Translations under genes and position numbers: made by a program
Notes under the pieces: model-generated
Databases searched by the model: none
Seen by the model: the letters and a program-made list of their open reading frames with translations, nothing else
What the model was told of the DNA's origin: nothing
Shown: piece after piece, positions 49,641 through 61,809 of the stretch
How the letters are laid out: every line of letters starts with the position of its first letter
How positions within the stretch are numbered: the stretch's first letter is position 1
Source: Selaginella moellendorffii
Taxonomy: Eukaryota; Plantae; Lycopodiophyta
Length of the DNA: 64,000 nt
Direction: 5' to 3'
Assembly: GCF_000143415.4 (NCBI RefSeq)
Contig: NW_003314302.1
Location: 995,820 to 1,059,819, forward strand

Positions 49641-51733
49641 TCAATCACAGGGACAAAAAGTAAACAGTAAAATAGTGGACTTTTTACCAACAGATGCGGT
49701 ACAAGGCTACAGGCTAGCCCAGATATCTACGTGTACTCGGATCAAGGAGGGTAAAAACCCAAAAGTGCATGGAGAGTGAATGCCTCTCTCTCTCTCTCTC
49801 TCTCTTAAACTCTCCCCAAGTTAAAGAGTGAACCGCTCACGTCACTGAAGAGGCGCGTATGAAAATACGTACGCGAGATGTCTAGCGTAGAGATGGAGAT
49901 GGGTGGGGGATCGATCAGAAATTTGGCAATGCCAGCAGGTGTTCTTCGGGAGTTGTGGATGCTGTCGGTAGTTCCATTTGGACCGGCCTTGTGGACGTGG
50001 GGCGGCCAGTCCAATCCCACTTACTCTCTTCTCTCCTCCATTTTTTTTTTCTCAGTTTTTTAATGGTATTTATATAATAAATAAGTTATGCGGGATGAGG
50101 GTTACGGGGTATATTCTTCCGGGGGGCGGGAGGAATATACCGCGCTCTGGCCAAAAGCCTGGGTTTTTGGGGTCAGGCTGGGCGAGTGAGAGAGCGTATG
50201 TTGATGCCCGTGTGCAGGTGCAACAGCAGACAAGGCCAACTCCGCGCATTCAAAAGGTGGACACACACGCAACTTTTGCCCGTGCTCTCACCACACACAA
50301 ACAAAAAAAAAAAAAAAAAGAAGAAGAAAAAGAAAAGATATTTAGGGAGTTTTTGATCTCTAAATTCGTTGTTAAATTAGTTTTGTCAATTTCTCTAGAA
50401 ACTTGAAGAATAGTGATGGTTTCCTTTTGAAATTGCTTGCTCAAATTCAAAGCCGTAAGTGAGCTTGAATGGATTCCAATGCATCAACCACCAGGTGTAT
50501 AATAAATTCGTGATTATGTTGTGCAAGTTTCACTTTGCAGAAGTTGCACAATCCGACAATGCAGATGATGCGGCCAAAGTAATCCAAATCCCATTCTTGC
50601 ATCCATGCAATGCTTCCTTTCAAAATTTACATAATCTCTGGTAACCTCCATTGCATATTACCTTTAAGGTATAGAGTTTAGGGTTTAGGAGTCTAAATGT
50701 TCCGATTTCACTCGCCAGACAGAATTTGCCGTGTCGCGGCATTTGGGCACCATGTCGGCTGAAACCCTCTGTCTTTTGCGTCATCGGTTATCCACAGCCC
50801 CTCGTGGCTGCGTCTCTCAGTTAGGGTTTATCACCTTTATTTTTATATCTTTAGAGCCAGCACTTTTGTTTATATATCTATCACAAACTTCTGTACAAAT
50901 AAGTCTCTGTCTTTGCCATGTGCTTCCTGCCTGTCTCTCCAAACTTACACCACCTTCTTTTCCCCTCCTCTTTGTCAATCCTCGCCTTCTTCTTGGGCGT
51001 TCTTTTCTTTTTCCCCAGCCGTGGATCGATCCATCGATTGCGTCTCGATCTTCCGTGCGGCGAGAGGATTGAATGAGGGCACCGCCACCCCGATCAAATT
51101 CGTGTTCTTGTGATTGTCCCTTTGGAACCCAAGGAATAAGTTCTAGCGGATCAATCAGTCGAAAGAAAGAGAGAGGTAAAGAGAGAGAGAGAAAGAGGGA
51201 AAGAGAGAGAGACATAGAGAGGAATGAGCTTTGAGATCACGAGATGATGACGAAGAGGGTTTTCGGGAAAGGATCTGGGCGTGGCTGATCGCGATTATAA
51301 ATGCAAATCCCAATGTCGGGGGACAGGGGGGGATTGGGGGTCGTTTTCTGGGATCAGCCTCGCACTGGGCCGCGTCGTCACTAGCTAGCTTCACGAAACA
51401 AGGCTGTGAAAGTGCCTCTTCTTCTTCTTCTTCTTTCTCTTCTACTTGAAGAGAGAGCTCTTCACTTCACTCCCTTTCTCCTTTGGCTCCTTGCTCAGAG
51501 CTTTGCTCGGCCAGAAGAAGAAAGAACACGAGGAAACGATCAATCCCAGGCCTAGTGGGACTGGAAAAAGCGAGGGTGTAGAGAAAGATCGATCGTGCAT
51601 TTGGGGGATTTCGTCAGGAGCTTGCCTGATAGAGAGGCTCTGCGTTTGTTCTTGTGCCTTCTTTCCGCTCGAGGAGCTACCTACATTGGCTGCGAGGAGA
51701 TTGGGAGGGAGATAGATTGGAAACAGCGGTCCT

Positions 51734-54700
51734 ATGGAGGATAGGGAGATGGGGCCTGTAGAACGCACACGAAAATGCCCCATCCTGGAGCACCACCAAC
51801 AGGCGAGTAGCAGCAGCGGTGGAAGCTTTGGATTTCCAGCGTCGCCAGTGTGTTCCCGGCTCAATCTCTTGCTCCTCATCAGCCTCGCGTCGCTGCTGCT
51901 CCAGGTTCCCGGTGCCTACGCCACCCGAGATTTGGATCATCGCCCAGGTATACAACACTGCTCTTTCTTCTCGCTTCTCTCGGGCGATTCGTCGCCAATC
52001 GCGGCCCTCGAGCCTGCCCCGGGCACGAGCACCGCGAGCGGCGAATTGGGCTGTCAAATGCCCCCTTGATTGGCACCAAAATGCGTGCCAATTTCGCCCC
52101 AGAGCACGAGAGAAAACAGAGCATCCCCTGTTCTATGTGTTCTTCGCTAATTCTTTTCCTTTTGCTACCTAGCAGATGATCGATCTCTCGTGGGCCGCGC
52201 CACTTCACTGTCACTCCAGCAAGAAATGCAAGCGTTGCTGTCCTTCAAGGCCTCGATCGTCGCGCACAACCCCGGGAAGAGCTCGATCCTCGATGGCTGG
52301 AACCCTAGCGATGGCGATCCTTGCAAGTGGGGTGGGATCCAGTGCAGCCAGGGCCCCGAGGGCGTCCACGTCACAGCCATCGATCTCTCCTCCAACAATC
52401 TCGCCGGATCCATCCCCGAGGGCCTCGCCAATCTCTCCTACCTCTCCTCGCTCTCCCTCGCGCTCAATTCCTTCTCCGGCCGCCTCCCAGGCGATCTCTC
52501 CCGCTGCTCCAGCCTCGCCGAGCTCGATCTCTCCAGCAACCAGCTCCACGACACGATCCCGCCATCGCTCCTGGACGAGCTGCCCTCTCTCGCCACCATC
52601 AATCTCGCCTACAACGATCTCGTGGGCGGGATCCCCGACGAGTTCTTCTCGCCCAGATCGTGCGCCAATCTCCAGGCGCTCAATCTCTCCAGCAATCCCG
52701 GCCTGGGCGGACCCCTGCCGGGATCTCTCAAGAACTGCCGCGCGATCGAGCTCCTCGACGTCTCAAGCTGCAATCTCACAGGATCACTCCCAGACGACAC
52801 GATCGCGAGGCTGCCGCTCCTCTCCAATCTCGTCCTCCGCGAGAATGGATTCGTGGGCGAGGTCTCGCCGGAGTTCTTCTCCAGCTGCCAGAACCTCGAG
52901 AGCCTGGATCTGGCGCTCAACAATCTCACTGGAGAAATCCCCGCCCAGATCGAGAACTGCAGCAAGCTCGTCAATCTCGCCGTCTCGGCGAACAGTTTCC
53001 ACTCCCTGCCGCGGGAGATCGGCGGGCTATCGGCGCTGGAGCGCCTCCTCGCGACGCACAACGGGTTCACGGAGCTCCCCGCGGAGCTGGAGCGGTGTTC
53101 CAAGATTAGGGTTCTCGCGGTGAGTGGGAATTCTCTCTCGGGGCCACTGCCTGGATTCATCGCCAAGTTCTCGAGCCTGGAATTCCTGAGCGTCTACACC
53201 AATCGCTTCGTGGGCGTCGTCCCGGCGTGGCTGGGCGGGCTGCGATCGCTGCGGCACCTCGACGCCAGCAACAATTTGTTCACGGGCGAGATCCCGGTGG
53301 AAATCTCCGGCGCCAGCGAGCTCCAGTTCTTGCTCCTGGCAGGGAACGCGCTCAGCGGCGAGATCCCTCGCGAGATCGGCAGCAAGCTCCTCAATCTCCA
53401 GGTGCTGGATCTCTCCCACAACCAAATCTCGGGCAGGATCCCTCCATCGCTGGGCAACCTCAAGTTCTTGCTGTGGCTGATGCTCGCGAGCAACGATCTG
53501 GAGGGCGAGATCCCGGCGGAGCTGGGGAATTGCAGCAGCCTCCTGTGGCTCAACGCGGCCAGCAATCGCTTGTCGGGATCGCTGCCGGAATCCATCGCCT
53601 CCATCGGGAGTGGCGTCAATGCGACCTTCGCGCTCAACGCAAGAACCCTACCGCTCATCCCCAAGGGCATGGGCGAGTGCGAAGCGGTCAGGCGCTGGAT
53701 CCCCTCCCAGTACCCTCCCTTCGATCTCATCTCCACGGTCATGACGGTCGAGCGCTGCCGGAGCTTCTGGAATTTGCTCCTCCGCGGGATCTTCATGTAT
53801 CCTCTCTGCCCCAGCCGCCCATCCGAGGAATCCATGGGCTACATCCAGCTCGCGAGCAATCGACTGACAGGACCCATCCCAGGGACGCTGGATCGCTGCC
53901 GGCACTTGGGGCTCCTCTTCCTGGATCAAAACAACCTCACTGGATCCATGCCCCAGAGCTACTCCATCGCGCTCACGGGGCTCAATCTCTCGCGCAACGC
54001 CCTCTCCGGATCGGTGCCGCGATCGATCGGCGCGCTCTCCTGCGTGGTGAGCCTGGACCTCAGCTACAACAATCTCAGCGGGAGGATCCCCAGCGAGCTC
54101 CAGAACCTCTCCAAGCTCAATCGATTCAACATCTCCTACAATCCAGAGCTCGTCGGCCCAGTTCCAAGCGGCCAGCAATTCTCCACCTTCGGCCCCAGCG
54201 TCTACGAGGGCGATCTCAAGCTGTGCTCCTCCTCGTCCAACGTCATGGGGATGAAGAACCCTAATTCTTCCCTCCCATCTTGCGGGAAGCTCGGCGATGG
54301 CGATGGCGATGGAGGCGGCGGCGGGGGCGGATTCCTCCCGCGGAGCTCGCGGATCGCGGTGGCGACGGTGGTGGGGATCAGCCTGGCGTGCACGCTAGGG
54401 CTGATCGTGCTCGCACTGCTAGGGTTTTGCCTCCTGGGCAAGGCGGCGCCGCCCGGGCCCGGCGGCGCCGCCATGGACTTCGTCATGGTGGGCGGCAAGG
54501 AGCACCACCGCCACTTCGCGCCGGATCACGCCGCCGCCGCCAGCGTCCAGGTATCGCTCTTCTCGGTGGAGCTCCCCAAGCACCTCACGTACTCGGATCT
54601 CGTCTCCGCGACGAGCAATTTCGACGAGACGAATGTGGTGGGCAGCGGTGGATTCGGCATCGTCTACAAGGCCAAGCTCGCGGATGGATCCACCGTCGCG

Positions 54701-55522
54701 ATCAAGAAACTCATCCAGGAGGGTCCCCAGGCCGATCGCGAGTTCCTGGCAGAGATGGAGACGCTGGGTCACTTGCACCACGAGAACCTCGTCCCGCTGC
54801 TCGGCTGCTCCAGCTATGGCACCCAGAAGCTCCTCGTCTACAAGTACATGGAGAAGGGATCGCTGGACGACTGGCTCCACGAGAAGCCGGGAGGAGCGCA
54901 AGCGCTAGAGTGGCCGATCCGGCTCAACATCGCACTGGGGATCGCGAGAGGATTGAAGTTCCTCCACCACAATTGCTCGCCGCCGATCGTCCACCGCGAC
55001 ATGAAAGCTAGCAACATCCTCCTGGACGACAACTTCGAGCCGCGGCTCACGGACTTTGGGCTGGCCAGAGTTCTTGGAGCGCAAGAGACGCACGTAAGCA
55101 CGGTGGTGGCCGGGACGCTGGGCTACGTACCGCCGGAGTACTGCCAGACGTGGAGGGCTACCGCGCGGGGCGACGTTTACAGCTTTGGCGTGGTGCTACT
55201 CGAGCTCGTCACCGGGAGGAGGCCCATGTCCATCTCGTTTGGAGGCGAGAACAAGGATCACGGGTGTGGGAACTTGATCGAGTGGTCGGCTTACCACGTG
55301 AAGAAGGGGATCGCGGCGGAGGTTTGCGACCGGATCGTGCTGCGCTCGGCGGCTCCCGGGGAGCTGCTGGCGTTCCTGCGGCTGGCGGTGGTGTGTACCG
55401 CGGAGCTGCCCATCCGGCGGCCGACGATGCGGGAGGTGCTCAAGGTTTTGGAGGAGATCAAGGCGGGGAACTACGCAGCGATGCTGCAGGGATCATCGCA
55501 GGGGGGTCACCAGTTTCGGTGA
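51734..55522 (+). CDS. LRR-X receptor-like kinase with island domain, NILR1/At1g74360-like (exon 1 51734-51947, exon 2 52176-55522)
   Basis: LRRs, island GECEAVRRWIPSQYPPF...CRSFWNLLLRG..YPLC, TM helix, RD kinase (HRDMKASN, DFG). The hydrophobic leader is in exon 1, joined by a phase-1 GT-AG intron. Confidence 0.9.
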
Positions 55523-56143
55523 AAGTGTATGGTTTTAGATCGAGCAGGGCTCCCGGTTCTAGACGATCAATCAGAAGACTCTACGAGGCAGGTTTGATGA
55601 TCGAGCTCTTGGAGAGGGATACCTTCTTGGCTTCCATCTCTCCCGGAGATCAAACTTTATCTCCCAGTAACAGGCAAAGATCGAGCTGGATCTCCTAATC
55701 GGATCGATCGAAACAAGCTATGGGAAGTTTGACCATTCCTTTCCGAGTGGAAAGAAAGGTGGCGGATCCAACAGACAGTATATATCAACAGGACGACGGA
55801 CGCTGCAGCATTTAGAAGTTGACGAGACCAGTAGAACCAACACCAACTTGAATGACAACTTCTACTACTTGGGCTTTTAAGAGTGTTAAATTTATAATCC
55901 AGGGAAGATTTGTAGACAGTTCCTTTTTGTCCTTCGCTTTTTTCTCTCTTTGAAGCTCGAACCCTGCAATGCTCTCTTGGTACGAAGAACAGAAACAAAA
56001 GAAAAGGAAAAAACACTGACACGGTGACTCAAAATCAAGAGAGCTCGAGACGAGCGCCTGCTCACTAGTGCCCAAGATCAAAGTTACAATCTTTGAAAAA
56101 CAGCAAGTTACGAAGAACTGGGAGACGAAGCTCCTCCAAATCT

Positions 56144-57143
56144 TTAGTCCAGCCGGTCGTGCATAAACCCCGCTTTAGCGAGTTTCTTCTTGTACAGCTG
56201 CACTCTGACATTCACCTGTGGAGCTTCTGCACCCGATAGCTGCCAAATCCAATAGCTCGTCTCATCCTTCCTCGTTGCTATTCCCAAGTAGCCGTCTGTC
56301 AACAAGCCATATCAACACGTAATTAGCACACAAACAAACAAGAACCATTGAAAGACATAAACAAGAAACACTCACCACGAGAGAAAACAGCACCCCCATC
56401 AAGTTTTGCTCCACTGCCGACACCGAGATGAGCAAACTTTTGCTTGTAAATGTCCGCAATCTTCAGGCCAGAAGGAAGCTCCACCCACTGCATTTGTCCC
56501 CAGTGAGCTTCCAAGTCTCCAGCCTCGTTGCAACCGAGTACTACGTGCTCGCCAAGGTCACGAGAGAGCGTATCCACGCATGTGATGCTGGGAGTGATGC
56601 GGTCTTCCGTCACAAGCACTCGCGCTCCTGCTGCTGGATCGCCACACATCTCATAGGCCTTAAGCACGTAGCCAACAGTACTCTTCTGCTGGGACCTGGG
56701 GAACTGGAGTTCAAGTCTCTGAAAATCTGCCAAGCCGTCTCTTGCCACCACCACACAGGCATTCCCGCCGAGATGGACTGCTAGATGGCCATACTGATCG
56801 AATCCGACGACAGCTTCAGCTTTGGCAGCTTTCCAGATGCGCTCCCATCCAGCATACCACCCATCCACGATCTTCAGGACGGGTTCTTCCTGCACAAACG
56901 AAAAAGAAAAGTCATGATCTATGGTAGAGGAAACCTATCTATCTATCTATCTGTTGTTTTTGGTCTCGTGGTGCCCATCTTGAAGCATGAGACATAATGA
57001 ATGTACAAATGCACAAGTGAGAAAACCAAAAGTTCTTACCTTCGAAAAGCCTCCCAAGATCTCCTCCAAAGAAGGCTGTGGAGGTGGCGCTTGAGACTGG
57101 AGCAGCTGCTGGAGCTGCCTGGAGAGTAGCTTCTGCTGGGCAT
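56144..57143 (-). CDS. Spliced gene with a degenerate trypsin-like protease fold
   Basis: ORF 56323-56895 plus flanking exons. C-terminal ...GSGAKLDGGAVFSRDGYLGI resembles the G.SGG.VF...G..VGI motif. Confidence 0.4.
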
Positions 57144-57386
57144 CAAGCCGTTGAACATGGTTCTCCAGCCTACGAACATGGTCTTCCAGCCTATTCTGCT
57201 GCTGAAGTTCCTCTGAATTATCCTCCCTTCCTACGTTTAGTCGAATGTCATCCTACACAGAAAGAAACAGGGCCCTCGTTAGGGGACAAGAGAGAGAGGA
57301 CGAATGGTAGAGCGCAGCGGGGATGCCAAAGAGATTCACCTTGAGGAGAACGCCGCCCTCCATTCGCGCTGTCGCCCAAAACCTAT

Positions 57387-57509
57387 CCAAGATAACTTGC
57401 TCGTCAACTTTAAAAAGGCAAGGAAAAATTTCTGACAGCCTTCAAACCCTAGCCAAGATAACTTGCTCGTCAACTTTAAAAAGGCAAGGAAAAATTTCTG
57501 ACAGCCTTC
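57387..57509. repeat. Direct duplication with 66-bp period
   Basis: CCAAGATAACTTGCTCGTCAACTTTAAAAAGGCAAGGAAAAATTTCTGACAGCCTTC occurs twice. Confidence 0.95.
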
Positions 57510-57812
57510 TTTCCAAGTTCCTTGTCACAAATCTCGCTCGGTGGTTTGAGCGTTTAGCGATGGCGCGGGTGCGCAGGCTTGCTCCCCAACTATATGGGAG
57601 AGTTCCACGACAATTAAACGCGCCATCTTTGGTTGAACCAGAAACAAAATCCATGGCTGTCTCGTCGTCTTTTTCTGCTGCGACCTGCTCAAGCCATCAG
57701 AGCAGCCACGACAGTCCGAGCATCAGTCAAAAGATTTGTGACAAGAGAAGATCCTGGAACTTCTAGCTGGTTCATATTATAAAATAGAGAAATATAACAT
57801 ACATTGAAATTC

Positions 57813-58326
57813 TTAATGGCCTCCCAGCATTCCTATGATCACAAAGCCAGACACGAAAACACAGCACTCATCACCATCGCTTAAGCCAATGTTCATGCCG
57901 ATGAGAGCTCCAGAGTCACTAAAAAGCCCACCACCACATCCAGAATCACGCAAAAGATGTCCGGTGTCTCGCCCCCTCCACTTGGTGTCTCGCAAATCCT
58001 CATTATACCGGTAGAAAGTATTCCATGCCTTACACTGGGAGATCCACGTCCGGGTAATAACGGAACTCACCATTCCTCCTTTTATAGAGGATGATATCGG
58101 ACTTGGGAGTGACCGCTTTAACTTTGAGATCAATGCTATCTTGCTCCTCATCGCCAGCAGTGAGTGCTTGCTTGAAATGCAAGATCTCTTCGACTTGTGC
58201 TCTTGAGTGTCCGTCGTGCCAATATGTAATCACATATTTGGGAGCGATCACAGTTGCTAGTTCTTGATCCCCTTCGCCTCCCACGAGAAGATATTTCTTA
58301 CATCGCTCAACGAATCTATTAGCCAT
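57813..58326 (-). pseudogene. Trypsin-like (Trypsin_2-type) peptidase pseudogene
   Basis: ATVIAPKYVITYWH ... SDIILY ... RDSGCGGGLFSDSGALIGMNIG, split by stops and a frameshift. Confidence 0.55.
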
Positions 58327-59107
58327 GGAGAACGCACAAAAGAGATAAGGAGAAAACCTTGTGAGAATGGAACGGAGAAGAAGCAAAAGAGCCAAGTAGA
58401 AACTTGTGAGAATGGCAATGAGAAGAAAAAAGCTACTTAGAAAAAGTTGAAGCAAATAGAATGGAAATGAGGAGCAAGAAAGCTATGAAAAACTTGTATT
58501 TGAAATTTGAAAGTCGTGTCTATGTAACAAAACATCAATGATGCACAATGGAAAACATGCAATCAAGAAGGACGTAGAGTGCAAGGAGATTCAGGGCAGT
58601 TTCGAAGAAGGGGTAGAAGAAGCCGCAAAAAAGAAAAGGAGGTGCAATAGGACTTTGGGGCTGCCGTTGATCTACACTGGGAAACAATAGATAGACAACG
58701 TGGGCATCACTGAGATCTACAAGATCATCACAGGAGATCCAAAGAGCACACAGCTAAAGTTATGGTGCTCACTTGGTGCTATGCAGCTTGCGTCTCAACT
58801 TCGAAAATGAGACAAGGAAGGTTGAAGGGTGGTAGACATGCAACAATGAAATCATCAAGAACTGCAATAAGCTTCTCTCAAAAAATGGTAGATGACAAAG
58901 GTTGGATCTCAACAGTATACTCAAAGGAGGACACTTATATTATCTTTTAACAGATCTGCACATCTAAACTCAATGTTATCTATCTGGATTGACTGGCATG
59001 ACCCAGCCTTTGGGACAAGAAGAAGGGGCTAAATCCCATCCTCACCTCACAAAGTAAGTAAAATAATGCAATTCCTCTCATATTCAGTTAAATTACTATT
59101 GCGGCAC

Positions 59108-59350
59108 AGCTCATATTCCCTATCGGTGGGTGAACAATTCAGCACTTCGTGAATTTTGCTTCACAATGATAGGAAGAGTTGATGTTGAAAGATCAAAAAG
59201 CAATGCCACTATGAACACTTGGCTGCCACAAGCAAATTATCCATATGGTAACTTTTTTAACACCTCTAGAAATTCAGAAACATTAGAGGATCAATAGGGC
59301 ATGCTTTCACATGTATCTATGCTGAAAATCAAAATCAAATGAGATTTTAC
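59108..59350 (-). pseudogene. Decayed fragment of nuclear LSU (25S/28S) rRNA
   Basis: The plus strand matches the antisense LSU GCTCACGTTCCCTATTGGTGGGTGAACAATCC...GCTTCACAATGATAGGAAGAGCCGACATCGAAGGATCAAAAAGC...TGGCTGCCACAAGCCAGTTATCC, with many C>T/G>A changes. Confidence 0.9.
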
Positions 59351-59435
59351 TAAGATTTCTAACAACAAGCTTTGATTAGTGAAATCTCAACAATGACTTC
59401 TTTGATTTTTGCAATGAGGAAGTTTTATCTTTATT

Positions 59436-59654
59436 TGACAAGGAGAAAAACTTGCTCCAAAGGTAAGAAATCAGCTCTGATTTCTCATGTGCTGCACAAC
59501 CCCAGAGAAGGGGGTCATTTTAAATATCTTTTGTGGAACAGGAAATACCTTGATTGCAGCTGCAAACAATGGTGGACACATTCTGACCCTGGAGTGTGAT
59601 GCAACAATGATCCTGCAGATCAGAAGAAGTAAACTGAAAAATGAAGATATCTAG
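59436..59654 (+). pseudogene. C-terminal remnant of a beta-class N6-adenine/N4-cytosine DNA methyltransferase
   Basis: Frame not in the ORF track: QGEK...(stop)...TTPEKGVILNIFCGTGNTLIAAANNGGHILTLECD, which matches motif X/I/II (VLDPFxGxGTT..AA...GR..IG.E.D). Confidence 0.7.
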
Positions 59655-59929
59655 AGCAAGGAAAACAAGGGAAAGAACATGAAAACAACACCCCCCAAAG
59701 GTTTTGACAAAGAGAAGATTGCATTAGGAATCAGATTTTTTATTTTGTAATTATGTTTTAAAAATAATTAGTTTGATAGATCTCCCAACATCCTATGAAT
59801 CATGTTGTGGTTCTGCTAAATTGTAGCTCCTTCTACAAGCAGGCACCTTAAATCCTTGAGCCCAACCCCCAAAATCTTTGACTCTGCCACATCATCCTTC
59901 CAAGTGGATCAAATCCAACTTCCACTAAA

Positions 59930-59997
59930 ATATATATATATACATACATACATATATACATGTATATATATATATATGTATGTATGTATATATATAT
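59930..59997. repeat. (TA)n/(TACA)n/(TATG)n microsatellite, self-complementary
   Basis: Directly visible. Confidence 0.9.
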
Positions 59998-60455
59998 TAA
60001 AAGAAGACTTATAATACCTAGGATATACTTACTGATGCTTCAGAGATTTTCACCTTAAAGTTGGAAATCCTCCTGTCAAGTACCCAGCACTAGTGAAATT
60101 GGAAGAATCTGTATCCACAAAATGAGATTAATTTGTTGCATAAACATTTAAGTTTAAGATTTAACTAATTACTTTGAATACTATTTTTTTAAGTGTAAAA
60201 AAATAAAAATTTATTGCACAACAATGCTTGGTTTGCTCAATAATTTCACTTTTATTTAGTAATTCAAAATTTTATAAAAATAAGATTAATATTATTATAT
60301 ATCAACTAAAATATACTGGAAAGAGTTTAAGAAAGTTTATGAATTATAAATACTAATAAATAACAATGGTTAAAGTCAAATGAATGAGAAAACCCCTGTT
60401 CTAGGGTTTTGCGGTAGGGCTCTTGTTTGGAGGTATTGGATGAGATCGATCAGGC

Positions 60456-61665
60456 GTGGGCGTTATGCAAGAGATGGCATTGTTTACAGCACCAGTGGTT
60501 TTTTCCGTCCTAGGATGGCCCTTGATTTACAGCATTGTGGAATGTCGCCAAGGTCGCAATGCGCGGGTTAACCTCCCTCGCTGGTGGATCTCATCCTCCT
60601 TCTTCTTCCTCACGCCACTGATTTTTGGAATAGCGTTCCAATTCGTTGGAAACGTGGTTTTCCGGATTCCAGCGAGCAACGCCCGGCATTCATCGCAGTG
60701 TAAAATACTATCCAAAAGTTTGTAGCTCCATTTCTTATTCATCGTTTCTTCTTATAACTTTGTTCTTGTGAATTAGGCGTGGATGTTCGTGTTGCGAAAA
60801 CCTGTCTTTCGGGTGACTTATCTCCAGTTTCGATCAGACTGTTTGGTATACCCGACCCTTCGAAATTCCGCTGCTCTTTGGATTACTATTGGGTAGCAGG
60901 CCTTGAGGTAGAAAAAATGGAATGGAAGATTGTTCTAAGTTGTTGTTCCCAGGTGGAGTTTAGTATCTTGAATTCGTCCATTCGAACTTTATTCGAAGAG
61001 CCCAAAGAGGTTCTTCCAAGTCATTGCAGACCCGTTTTTGCCGATGTTTGGAGAATAGCGGAAAGTTTCCAGGTAATAGTTTCTCAAGTTGTGGCTCTTT
61101 TGCGATCTCGTTTCCTTGCAGGCAAACCGCAGCTACCGTTGTATCCATACTGATAAGACCATTTATTCTATAGATGGTATAGTACTTCCATCTCAAGATC
61201 GCTGTAAGCCAGAATCACCATCCACATTCAAGCTTCTTCGGGACTACATCGTACTGTAAGCAAGCGGCACGAGTTGTTTACAAGTTCCTCACCTTGTTGT
61301 TTGTGCTCGTTTGCAGGATAGCAAGTTCCTACAACCTTAAGCAGCCAGCTTCGGCTGGCTATCTGTTCTGGAAAGGAGTTTACGCGCTGTTAGTCGGACT
61401 TGCCTACTGCGTAATTCTTACAGGCGTTACGAAGCTCTCATCCTGGTTCCAGTTTAAAGTGGTCGATCCAGGCCATCGCAACTTTATCGACGTCTTAGTT
61501 TTTGAAGTGAGATTGCAATTATTGTTCCTTATTGTCTCCATCTCAACAGCTGTGGTTTTGTCGACGATACGACTTGAGCAACTGCGCATTGGATTCCATT
61601 TACTTACTGGGATTGATTTCAGATCGAAGACTTTGGGACAGTGGTTGGAAACTATATTCATCTAA
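60456..61665 (+). CDS. Hypothetical multi-pass membrane protein (spliced)
   Basis: Hydrophobic ORFs 60456-60725 and 61294-61665 with intervening GT-AG introns. Confidence 0.4.
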
Positions 61666-61809
61666 AGCAGCCAGTTATTGGATAGACAATTCCAAGGCCA
61701 TGGTTTGTATTCTAAGTTTTTAACATATGCTCATCGAGGACGGCCGAAAGGCTCGCGTTTTGTCAAGCTACGAGTCCTGCAGAAAGTTCTCCGTGTCAGA
61801 AGTTCTTGG

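Noticed and set aside
59108-59350. Functional rRNA gene
   Set aside because: Short isolated fragment with many substitutions in conserved positions.
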